Shown: piece after piece, positions 1 to 8,536 of the stretch
How the letters are laid out: the number at the start of each line of letters is the position of its first letter
Position numbering within the stretch: position 1 is the first letter of the stretch
Origin: an uncultured Cytophagales bacterium
Lineage (GTDB): Bacteria > Bacteroidota > Bacteroidia > Cytophagales > Amoebophilaceae
Direction: 5' to 3'
NCBI GenBank assembly: GCA_946547305.1
Contig: CAMNOX010000005.1
Coordinates: 8,654 to 72,653, forward strand
DNA: 64,000 nt
Translations under genes and position numbers: made by a program
The notes under the pieces: model-generated
What the model was told of the DNA's origin: nothing
Databases searched by the model: none
The model's input: the letters and a program-made list of their open reading frames with translations, nothing else

Positions 1-65
1 TCATAATCTTTAACAGCACTAGCAATACCATTGGATATAAAATCATACAATTCTTTTGATTTCAT
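1..65 (-). CDS. 5' end of an unidentified gene that runs off the left edge (MKSKELYDFISNGIASAVKDY...)
   Basis: ATG at 65-63 on the minus strand, open to position 1. Only about 21 codons are visible, so no family call is possible. Confidence 0.25.
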   Translation of the reverse strand, partial: MKSKELYDFISNGIASAVKDY

Positions 66-117
66 AAATATAAGTTTAAAATCAATAAAAATATAAAAAT
101 AGATTTTAACAAAAAAT

Positions 118-609
118 ATGGGATTCATAATAACGTTTGCAATTGGGCTCTGTATCAATCTATTCTTTAGTAGAGTAAGATTAGTGGATAAATCTATTAA
201 TAAAAACATTAAAACATTTAGAGTTAATATTGGTGATACTATTTTAAATCAAAAATTGGGGGTGTCTGTAACAGAAATATTTAAAAATAGCATTACAGAA
301 ACATTAAAAAACGATTATAAACTAAAAATATTCAACGTAGAGGATAAAGAAAATAACCCAGACCTTTCTTTGCATTATTTTATCGAAGAATACAGTTTAA
401 ATGATATTAATGAAAAAAAAGACTATAAATTAGTAAAATTCAAATTCTCATTGAATTTTGTTGTTTTAAAGACAAGAAAAACTATAGAACATAGGTTGAT
501 AGAATTTGAAATGAAGAAATCAGAAAGTAATGAACTTAAGAATGTAATCGAGAACATAGTTAAACGCCATATTGATGATTTTGTTGATAATTACTTAATA
601 GGAGACTAA
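118..609 (+). CDS. hypothetical small protein with N-terminal hydrophobic anchor (possibly LptE-like, unverified)
   Basis: 163-aa ORF with one N-terminal hydrophobic segment (GFIITFAIGLCINLFF) followed by an alternating beta-like sequence. No diagnostic motif found. Confidence 0.4.
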   Translation: MGFIITFAIGLCINLFFSRVRLVDKSINKNIKTFRVNIGDTILNQKLGVSVTEIFKNSITETLKNDYKLKIFNVEDKENNPDLSLHYFIEEYSLNDINEKKDYKLVKFKFSLNFVVLKTRKTIEHRLIEFEMKKSESNELKNVIENIVKRHIDDFVDNYLIGD

Positions 610-740
610 TTTTTTATAGTTGGTTTTTACATAATAAGACATAATTTGGTATTTAACAAAATTTTTATTTAACATATATAAAAACATAGTGTGTTTTTGA
701 TTATGAAGTGTAATTTTGATATAAAAAAAAGTTAGATAAT

Positions 741-821
741 ATGCCTTGTGGAAGAAAGAGAAAGTTAAGGAAGGTTGCTACACATAAAAGGAAGAAGCAT
801 AGAAAGTTGTGTAGAAAATAG
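741..821 (+). CDS. 26-aa Arg/Lys-rich peptide, bS22-like small ribosomal-protein candidate
   Basis: ATG at 741, TAG at 819-821, too short for the ORF track. It translates to MPCGRKRKLRKVATHKRKKHRKLCRK. This matches my recollection of the conserved Bacteroidota micro-ORF MPSGKKRKRHKVATHKRKKR... Confidence 0.5.
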   Translation: MPCGRKRKLRKVATHKRKKHRKLCRK

Positions 822-861
822 TGGAAAGTTTTTGTGTTAATTATTTATTTTTTATTTAATT

Positions 862-2466
862 GTGTCTGATTTTTTGAATGTATATGTTAGCGATGATAAA
901 GATAAGGTAAAAATTGTATCATCGAATAACCGTGGGATTGTTGACTATGTAATAGAGAAGAAGGATGATGATTTTTCTATTGGAGATATAATACTTGGAG
1001 TTGTAAAGAAAAAAACTTTAGTAATTAATTCCTTTTTTATTAAATTGAATTCGCCAATAGATGGATTCATGCATTTTTCTGATTTAACAGATAGATCGTT
1101 GACCTTGAATTCATTTTGTAACGATCTGATAAATGGTAAAAAAGTAAAAGTTACTACTTATAATGTTGATGAAAGAGAAAATAGGGCCAGTTTTGATTAT
1201 AACTACACCGCAGATTATATAAACGATGGAGATTATATATTAACTCAGGTTATAAAAAAACCAATATTTAACAAGGGTCCTAGATTATCGAGTAGAATAA
1301 CGTTAGCTGGTGATTTTGTTATACTAGTAATATTTAATAATGAAATCAAGCTATCGAAGAAAATAAAAGATTCAGTTAAACACAATAAAATGATCTCAAT
1401 AATAAATGAAATAAAGACAGAGTTAAAACTGAATAATTTTGGGATTATATTGAGAACATCAGCTGAATTATTTATTGATTTCGACAAGCCAGACGAAGCA
1501 AAGAAAATATTACTAGACGATATATTATCATTATTAAAAATATGGAGTAAATGTATCGAAAAGATTAAAGTAGCAAAAGTTGGTACTAAGATTTTTTCAC
1601 CAAATAATGCTGTATTAAAGATTATTCAAGATAAATTAAAGGATAATATAAAGAATATATATGTTGATAATGTTAATATATATAATGATTTGAAGAATTA
1701 TCTTAAAACCCTCATAAAAGACTCTTGTAATATTAAACTTTATGTAAATGAATCATTACCGCTATTTTCTTATAAGGGTATAAACAAACAGTTGAAAACT
1801 CTATTTAATAAGAAAGTAATGTTTTCAGATGGATGTTATTTATTAATTGAAACAACAGAGGCAATGAATGTCATAGACGTTAACAGTGGTTCATTATTAG
1901 ATAACTTTACAGACCAAGAGGATTTATCTTTATCAGTTAATTTATTAGCTGCTGAAGAGATAGCAAGACAACTTATATTGAGAGATATGGGGGGATTGAT
2001 TTCTATTGATTTTATCGACATGAAATTACAAAAAAATAGGATGTTGTTGTACGAAAAAATGAAGGAGTTACTACATGAAGATAAGTCTAATACCACTGTT
2101 CTACCTTTGTCTAGATTTAATATAATGCAGATTACAAGACAGAGAATTCGTCCAATTATACAAATAGATGATAAGGAAAAGTGTCCAACGTGTGATGGGA
2201 AAGGAACTCTAGTTTCTGTTATAAATGTTGTACAAGCAGTTGAGGGGGAGATACGGTTATTCCTAAAAACTACAAAATTTTATAGAATTGATATATATTT
2301 AAACCCAATATTAGTACCTTATTTTTCTATCGGTCTTTTTTCAAAAAGGTTTGTATGGAGTTTTAAATATTTTAAGTCAATAAAATTACATGAGGATGAT
2401 AGTTTACCGCTAAACATAGTAAAAATATTTAATAAAAAGAAGCTTATAAAGGAAATAAACGTATAA
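862..2466 (+). CDS. rng: ribonuclease E/G family (RNase G-like)
   Basis: 534 aa with a GTG start. N-terminal S1-like region, catalytic-core motifs AMNVIDVNSGS and GLISIDFIDM, and CPTCDGKG near the C-terminal part. Confidence 0.9.
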   Translation: MSDFLNVYVSDDKDKVKIVSSNNRGIVDYVIEKKDDDFSIGDIILGVVKKKTLVINSFFIKLNSPIDGFMHFSDLTDRSLTLNSFCNDLINGKKVKVTTYNVDERENRASFDYNYTADYINDGDYILTQVIKKPIFNKGPRLSSRITLAGDFVILVIFNNEIKLSKKIKDSVKHNKMISIINEIKTELKLNNFGIILRTSAELFIDFDKPDEAKKILLDDILSLLKIWSKCIEKIKVAKVGTKIFSPNNAVLKIIQDKLKDNIKNIYVDNVNIYNDLKNYLKTLIKDSCNIKLYVNESLPLFSYKGINKQLKTLFNKKVMFSDGCYLLIETTEAMNVIDVNSGSLLDNFTDQEDLSLSVNLLAAEEIARQLILRDMGGLISIDFIDMKLQKNRMLLYEKMKELLHEDKSNTTVLPLSRFNIMQITRQRIRPIIQIDDKEKCPTCDGKGTLVSVINVVQAVEGEIRLFLKTTKFYRIDIYLNPILVPYFSIGLFSKRFVWSFKYFKSIKLHEDDSLPLNIVKIFNKKKLIKEINV

Positions 2467-2560
2467 ATGTATTCATAGGAAAAAAGGAATATATTAATAC
2501 ATTTTAGGTAAATTCCTACTAATGTTTTTTTTAACTATTTTTTTTGTAGATTTTTAAAAA

Positions 2561-4381
2561 GTGGTAATGTTATATTTACTATTTCATTTTATTTTTCTAA
2601 TATTTACAAATTTAATTTTATCATGTACTAGATGTTGTAATAGAAATAGCAAAAATTCATACGAAGATATAAGTAGGCTAGTAAATGATATATATATAAA
2701 TAATAAACAAAAGATACCAAGTGAAAAAGTTATAGGCGTTTTCCGCAAACTATCGAATAATAATACTTCAAAAAATAATCCTGGATCACAAAAAATAAGG
2801 TTAATAAAATGGGAGAATATTAGGAGGGTTAATGGTATTGATGTCGACGTAACTGAATTAAAAAAACAAATAAAATTCGTTGAAAATATTTCATACATAT
2901 ATCTTCTTGAGTTCTTTTTTAGATTGATGGATAGTAAAAAAAACGTAAATTTTATGCTTTCAGTTAACGGAGTAGGAGGGCCTGTATTAGAATCAACTGG
3001 CTATATAAATCTTGAACTAGGTGACATTTTGTGCAAAAATAAGGAATCATCTAGGACTGTAAATATGGACGGTATTTCAGGAGAGAATGTTGTTAGTGGA
3101 TCAAAAGGAATTTTTACAAATACACCTATATATGACAATAACGATGATAGAATATACTCAGTTAACAAAAATACTCTTAAACTTTTTGACGGAAAGTTTG
3201 TCGATTTAAAAAATAAAGAAAATATAAATAAATTATTATATTTTTACTCTATATGTGAATATTTAGCACAGCTTGGAAACCCTCTATTTGGTATATGTGA
3301 TGGATATGAACACGAAGTATCTTCAATATATAATTCTCTGTTGATGTTAGATTCTATTTTTGGCCAACTACCATTCTTTAGGGAAATAGATAGTAACTTA
3401 ATAAAAAATTTTGATATTAGGAAAGGTGGACAAGTTGAGAAACTATCTGGAGGTGAGATATATAAAGAAATTAAAAGATTAGGCGCAGTAAGGGAAAAGG
3501 ATATGATTATGTTAGCAGAAGTTATAGTCTTAAATAATCTACTGTACTATGTCTTTAAATCATCAGAGATAACAGATAAAAAAGCTATAGTTAATTTGGC
3601 GTTCTCAAGTTATGGAGGAAGAGTGTTTGAAATGCTAATGTCACTATTTGAAAATGAATATTCAAACATAGCCGAATCTATTACTGATGATAAATACGTT
3701 AATGTAGAAAAAAACTCAATCAATGTAATATTTATTCATGCACTAATAGGATCAAATAGTATAAAATTTGGGAGTAAAAATAGTTTCTTTAATATCAATA
3801 ACGAGAAAATTTTTAAAGATATTGGAAACAGAATAATTAGTAAAGATAGGTTAAAATATTTTAATTGTGACAATATTTTCGGAAATAGCTTCGAATCTAT
3901 ATTTAAATACTATAACGATCATATTAATAGCAATAAGATAAATCAAATAATATCTAAATTTGTGGAGAATAAGTCTACTAATTCCTTTAAAGACTTAATA
4001 AGATGGGAGTTCGGTGAAGCTTTAACGTCTTTCTACGAAGGGAAATACAATGATGGAGTCTTAAGTTATGATGGACTATTTGTATACAACGATAATGTAA
4101 AACGCAATAGGGTTACTGACATAATAGCACATAATATTAGCAATCCATCAAAAAACAAATTATATAAGATTACAGATCATGATATAAAAGAAACTAATTA
4201 TTTATACAGTACTAACAGTGATAATGGTTTTTATATAATCGACGATCAGTACATAAGGTATATACACATAGGAGGAGGGGCACACATTCCTACATCTACA
4301 AATGAATTCCTTAATAGTTTCAGTATTTACGAAAATAGAGGCAGATTTATAAATAATCTACTAAAAGAAATATATAGATAA
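2561..4381 (+). CDS. hypothetical secreted/lipoprotein-like protein with a Cys cluster after the signal peptide
   Basis: 606-aa ORF. Hydrophobic N-terminus followed by LILSCTRCCNRNSK. No recognisable domain. Confidence 0.6.
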   Translation: MVMLYLLFHFIFLIFTNLILSCTRCCNRNSKNSYEDISRLVNDIYINNKQKIPSEKVIGVFRKLSNNNTSKNNPGSQKIRLIKWENIRRVNGIDVDVTELKKQIKFVENISYIYLLEFFFRLMDSKKNVNFMLSVNGVGGPVLESTGYINLELGDILCKNKESSRTVNMDGISGENVVSGSKGIFTNTPIYDNNDDRIYSVNKNTLKLFDGKFVDLKNKENINKLLYFYSICEYLAQLGNPLFGICDGYEHEVSSIYNSLLMLDSIFGQLPFFREIDSNLIKNFDIRKGGQVEKLSGGEIYKEIKRLGAVREKDMIMLAEVIVLNNLLYYVFKSSEITDKKAIVNLAFSSYGGRVFEMLMSLFENEYSNIAESITDDKYVNVEKNSINVIFIHALIGSNSIKFGSKNSFFNINNEKIFKDIGNRIISKDRLKYFNCDNIFGNSFESIFKYYNDHINSNKINQIISKFVENKSTNSFKDLIRWEFGEALTSFYEGKYNDGVLSYDGLFVYNDNVKRNRVTDIIAHNISNPSKNKLYKITDHDIKETNYLYSTNSDNGFYIIDDQYIRYIHIGGGAHIPTSTNEFLNSFSIYENRGRFINNLLKEIYR

Positions 4382-4388
4382 CTGAAAA

Positions 4389-5081
4389 TTAGAGTGATTT
4401 TAAAAATTTTACCTCATCAACGGTCAACTCTCTACATCTACCTAACCCAAGATTTCCTTTACTTAATCCAGCATAATAATACCTATCTAACGCCTTAACT
4501 CTGTAACTTAACTTTTCAAATACCCTTCTTATTATTCTATTTTTACCTGAATGCATAACTACATTTATATTCAATCTATTGTCAGATATATTTACCTTAT
4601 CGAATTTAAAATATCCATCTTCAAGATATACTCCTTCATTTAATAAATTTTCATCATTAGCAGATATAGCTCTGTCTAATGTAACATTATATTTCTTCAC
4701 TAATTGAAACGACGGATGAGTAAGCTTGTTAGTCAAAGCCCCATCATTAGTCAATAATAACAAGCCAGTTGTATTTCTATCTAATCGTCCAACTGGATAT
4801 ACTCTAATCTGATTAGGGACTAATTTAAGTATTGTACGTCTATTTTTGTCGTCAGAGCAAGTTGTAATAAAATTTATAGGTTTATTCAAAATATAATATT
4901 CAAAATCATTACATATAACTAATTGTCTACCTCTATATTTAACTATATCACCTTCCTTGATATCAACTCCCATCTCCTTAACTATAGCGCCATTTACTTC
5001 TATCATCCCAGATGATATTAGTAGGTCTGCTTTCCTTCTTGAACAAACACCTGCGCAACTAATATACTTATTTAACCTCAT
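4389..5081 (-). CDS. rluB: RsuA/RluB-family 23S/16S rRNA pseudouridine synthase with S4 domain
   Basis: N-terminal S4 motif (MRLNKYISCAGVCSRRKADLLI) and catalytic motif GRLDRNTTGLLLLTNDG. Confidence 0.88.
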   Translation of the reverse strand: MRLNKYISCAGVCSRRKADLLISSGMIEVNGAIVKEMGVDIKEGDIVKYRGRQLVICNDFEYYILNKPINFITTCSDDKNRRTILKLVPNQIRVYPVGRLDRNTTGLLLLTNDGALTNKLTHPSFQLVKKYNVTLDRAISANDENLLNEGVYLEDGYFKFDKVNISDNRLNINVVMHSGKNRIIRRVFEKLSYRVKALDRYYYAGLSKGNLGLGRCRELTVDEVKFLKSL

Positions 5082-5161
5082 CTAACTAAATATTCTATAA
5101 AATTTCATAAAAAATACTAAGATAATAAAATTTATTTCAAAATAACATTATAAGTAAAATA

Positions 5162-6088
5162 ATGCTGTTCTATTTATTAGCTAATTGTTTTAGCGCGCTA
5201 TCAAGTGTTATTAATAAATACTTTATCCGAAATGGATACTACGATGCAGGCACGCAGATGCTAGATGTAACATTTCATGCAAATATATACAATGTCATTT
5301 TCTATTTTACATTATATTATTACTTCTACAGAAAAAATGAAATTACATTTACGTTAAAGGATACATTTTTTAAAAAAGAACAAGTATTACAGATCATATT
5401 GTTTGCGATACCAATATACGCCTCTGCATACAAAATATTAATGTTTCAAAAAATGCCAATATCATACGTGGAGGTATCATCAATGATAAAGCCTTTCTGT
5501 GTATTTTTCCTAGCGATATTTCTATTGAAGGAAAAATTCTATCCATCGTTTTTAATATATATTGTCATCGCTATATTTGGTTTTTTGGTATCTAATTATG
5601 ATAAGATTTACAATTCGGGGTTCAATGGTACTAACAATGATTTAATCAAAATAATATATTTTATAATAATAGCATCAATAGGCGATATAACTAGAAGATA
5701 CTACTGTAGGAAGTGGGATAATGCAATGCACTCTATATGTGTAGAAGTCGTAATTTTTGCTCTCTACGGACTATTATGGCTCTTTTTTTCTAATAGATTC
5801 TCAATAAATGTTCTGCTGAACAAATGTACCCTTTTATATGCAATAGTAACATTTTCTCACCATATTTGTGTAATTTTGGGGGTACAAAGAGCTAAAAATG
5901 TAAGTACATTAGAAATTGTAAATTTTTCTAAGGTCGTATTTTCATTAGTATTCTCTTATATAATACTTGGAGAAAATAGAGAGAGTTATTATTTGAAAAA
6001 AAGAGTCGCTGGAGCTTTGATAATACTAATTTCTATATTACTTTTTAATATTCACAGAAGAAAATTAGCCAAATCAGATGATCGATAA
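5162..6088 (+). CDS. polytopic membrane protein, DMT/EamA-like, paralog A
   Basis: 308 aa with about 10 hydrophobic segments. Clearly paralogous to 7489-8424: both share LLANCFSALS.V.NKYF, MLDVTFHAN, YVEVSSMIKPF and GDITRRYYCRKWDN. Confidence 0.6.
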   Translation: MLFYLLANCFSALSSVINKYFIRNGYYDAGTQMLDVTFHANIYNVIFYFTLYYYFYRKNEITFTLKDTFFKKEQVLQIILFAIPIYASAYKILMFQKMPISYVEVSSMIKPFCVFFLAIFLLKEKFYPSFLIYIVIAIFGFLVSNYDKIYNSGFNGTNNDLIKIIYFIIIASIGDITRRYYCRKWDNAMHSICVEVVIFALYGLLWLFFSNRFSINVLLNKCTLLYAIVTFSHHICVILGVQRAKNVSTLEIVNFSKVVFSLVFSYIILGENRESYYLKKRVAGALIILISILLFNIHRRKLAKSDDR

Positions 6089-6164
6089 AATAGAATTTTA
6101 AAATTTATTAACCAAATAACAACATTTTTCAAATTGATTATATAACTATAAAACAACGAGTAAT

Positions 6165-6737
6165 ATGAAATGCATTAAGTATTATAAATCACACGCAATT
6201 AAAGCATCTGTGGCTTTGTCTATTTACAGTATAAATTGTGGGTGTTCAATAGGAAATGAAAATAAAAATGAAAATAAAAATGAAAATAAAAAGACAGTAA
6301 AAACCAATACACCTTCGACCAACCAAGATCTACCTCCAAATCCAAGTCTCGCACCAATTAATGCTGATAGGGATAGCAGAAATATAATAGTTCCTAATGA
6401 TAATCCAAAAACAGGCCAATTTGTTAGTAAGGTCGACACAGGCAAGAATTTGAATAGCAATGGTACCAATTCCAAAATTGGTAAGGATGATTTTAAATTG
6501 CTTGTATCTGCGCTCAATAATTCAAGATATTTAGATAAAAACCTTTTAACTGATGATATATCTAAAAAAGACCTAAATATTAAGCCACTAATACTCAAAG
6601 AAGATGAATTTAACCTCGTAGTAGAACCAGAATTCGTAAAGGAAGTCATGTACGAAGAGATAGAAGTAATAGACTATTATATAACAGATGGATTCAGAAA
6701 GATACCAGTTTACAAGAAAGAACTAATTCCTGTATAA
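6165..6737 (+). CDS. hypothetical lipoprotein-like protein
   Basis: Signal-like N-terminus ending YSINCGCS, followed by (NENK)n low complexity. Confidence 0.6.
   Translation: MKCIKYYKSHAIKASVALSIYSINCGCSIGNENKNENKNENKKTVKTNTPSTNQDLPPNPSLAPINADRDSRNIIVPNDNPKTGQFVSKVDTGKNLNSNGTNSKIGKDDFKLLVSALNNSRYLDKNLLTDDISKKDLNIKPLILKEDEFNLVVEPEFVKEVMYEEIEVIDYYITDGFRKIPVYKKELIPV
6253..6288 (+). repeat. 12-nt tandem repeat (aatgaaaataaa) x3, coding for NENK repeats
   Basis: Read directly in the sequence, in frame within CDS 6165-6737. Confidence 0.8.
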
Positions 6738-7429
6738 TGATGATGAAAAATAATCATATATTTCAAAATATATTGAAAATCACAAAAGTAGTGATAAAAT
6801 ATATTTTTATATCCACTTCGATGATATTTTATATTAGTTGTGGATGTTGTAATAAAAAAGGTAAGAAAGGTAGTAATAACAGTTCTAAAAAAAATAACAC
6901 TCTACCTGTGAAAACCCAACAACAAAAAAAGACATCAAAACTTATCAAAACCACAATAAAAAAAACTAAAACCTTAAAAGCCCCAACAAGTAAAAGCCCA
7001 CTAAGAATACAGCCTACTGAAGAAATGATAAATAATTTTAAAACAAAAACTGCAGACAAAACAGAACTAAAAGGAGATATAAAACTAGAAATGATACTGA
7101 TACATGGATTTGAAGCTAGAAATGTTGTAACCGAAAAAGATAAATGGTTTGACTCATTATTCCAAAATGATATAAATGATATTACTGAAAATTTGATGTC
7201 GATTGGCTATGGAGAATTAAAAGATAACATAAAAATATTTACTAGTAAAGATAATAAAATTATCTATGTTTTTTTTACAGATGGTCTAGAATCGTTTATT
7301 AATAATGGTAGGATAGAATTTCTAAAAACATATATTGCTAAAAGGATATATTACTTTGGTTTTAAAAATAATGGAACATACGATAACATTAATGATGCCC
7401 CTGTTATAACTTTGGGTAGTATTAGTTAG
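6737..7429 (+). CDS. hypothetical lipoprotein-like protein with CGCC-KKGKKG motif
   Basis: 230 aa. Hydrophobic leader followed by FYISCGCCNKKGKKGSNN. The start overlaps the stop of the previous gene (taATGatg). Confidence 0.6.
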   Translation: MMMKNNHIFQNILKITKVVIKYIFISTSMIFYISCGCCNKKGKKGSNNSSKKNNTLPVKTQQQKKTSKLIKTTIKKTKTLKAPTSKSPLRIQPTEEMINNFKTKTADKTELKGDIKLEMILIHGFEARNVVTEKDKWFDSLFQNDINDITENLMSIGYGELKDNIKIFTSKDNKIIYVFFTDGLESFINNGRIEFLKTYIAKRIYYFGFKNNGTYDNINDAPVITLGSIS

Positions 7430-7488
7430 TTTTATAATGTTTTATCAAAATTTTTATTACCCAATAAAAAGAGGCGAATCATTATTTT

Positions 7489-8424
7489 ATGATTTATTAC
7501 TTACTAGCCAACTGTTTTAGTGCACTTTCAAATGTTCTAAATAAGTATTTTATAACAAACGATTATTTCCCGACTGGGACGAAAATGTTAGATGTAACAT
7601 TCCATGCGAATATAATAAATTTTATCTTATTTACAATATTCTTCATAATCTACAAAAGAAAAACGAATATGGAATTTTCAATAGTTAAATCAGTCTTCAA
7701 TAAACGAGAATTACTACAAATTATACTGTTTTCTATTCCAATATATGCAGCTGCTTTCAAAATAAGTATGTTACAAAATATGCCAATACCGTACGTCGAA
7801 GTTTCATCAATGATAAAACCATTTCTAGTATGGATTTTGGCACTAATGTTATTACATGAAAAATTCTATTCATATTATTTGATCTATGTTTTCTTTGCTA
7901 TAATTGGTTTTGCAATAGCTAATTATGAAAATCTAACAAGCAACTACGTTTCCCACGATGGAGATATAAAATTAATATGTAAATACTTATTAATTGGTTC
8001 AATAGGGGATATAACAAGAAGATATTACTGCAGAAAATGGGATAATACGGTTCAGGCTATATTTATAGAAATGTTGATATTTGGACTATATGGATTCTTA
8101 TATCTATTTAAATACGATAGATTCTCATTGCAATTATTCTTTAGCCCATATACCACATGCTATGCAATGCTTGCACTTCTTCATCACACATGTATAATTC
8201 ATGGTGTTAAAAGAGCTGTAACAGTTGCTTCACTAGAGATATTGAATTTTTCAAAGAACATATTTTCATTTTTATTCTCAGCAATTTTATTGCCAAGTGA
8301 TGAAGCACTTTCAAAAATGCAAGTTGTAGGAGCGTTAATAATAGGAATATCTTTATATTTATTTAACATTAAAAGGAAGTCCGTCGATAAAAAAAATGCA
8401 AATGATGTTGGAAATAATGTTTAA
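7489..8424 (+). CDS. polytopic membrane protein, DMT/EamA-like, paralog B
   Basis: 311 aa, collinear with 5162-6088. By eye more than half the residues are identical. Confidence 0.6.
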   Translation: MIYYLLANCFSALSNVLNKYFITNDYFPTGTKMLDVTFHANIINFILFTIFFIIYKRKTNMEFSIVKSVFNKRELLQIILFSIPIYAAAFKISMLQNMPIPYVEVSSMIKPFLVWILALMLLHEKFYSYYLIYVFFAIIGFAIANYENLTSNYVSHDGDIKLICKYLLIGSIGDITRRYYCRKWDNTVQAIFIEMLIFGLYGFLYLFKYDRFSLQLFFSPYTTCYAMLALLHHTCIIHGVKRAVTVASLEILNFSKNIFSFLFSAILLPSDEALSKMQVVGALIIGISLYLFNIKRKSVDKKNANDVGNNV

Positions 8425-8450
8425 GTTAATAACAGATATATAGGTTAGAT

Positions 8451-8522
8451 GGATTCTTAGCTTAATGGTAGAGCAACTGACTCTTAATCAGTAGGTTGTG
8501 AGTTCGAGTCTCACAGATTCCA
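8451..8522 (+). tRNA. tRNA-Lys (anticodon CTT)
   Basis: Hand-folded cloverleaf: GGATTCT-TA-GCTT-AATGGTA-GAGC-A-ACTGA-CTCTTAA-TCAGT-AGGTT-GTGAG-TTCGAGT-CTCAC-AGATTCC-A. One T:T mismatch in the acceptor stem. No encoded CCA. Confidence 0.85.
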
Positions 8523-8536
8523 CAATAATATGTTAA

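Noticed and set aside
2466-2506. Inverted repeat (aaatgtatt ... aatacattt) after rng as a rho-independent terminator
   Set aside because: The stem is all A/T with a loop of about 24 nt and no clear following T-tract. It cannot be distinguished from background in this composition.
6224-6649. 141-aa minus-strand ORF, plus many similar 60-135-aa ORFs (e.g. 1245-1487, 1836-2096, 2584-2898, 8680-8862, 9658-10056, 31583-31826, 32129-32365, 32611-32946, 36127-36798, 38469-40187, 42831-45784, 53909-56242)
   Set aside because: All are nested in or antisense to long ORFs with clear family motifs. They are hydrophobic or low-complexity, as expected from translating AT-rich DNA off-frame.
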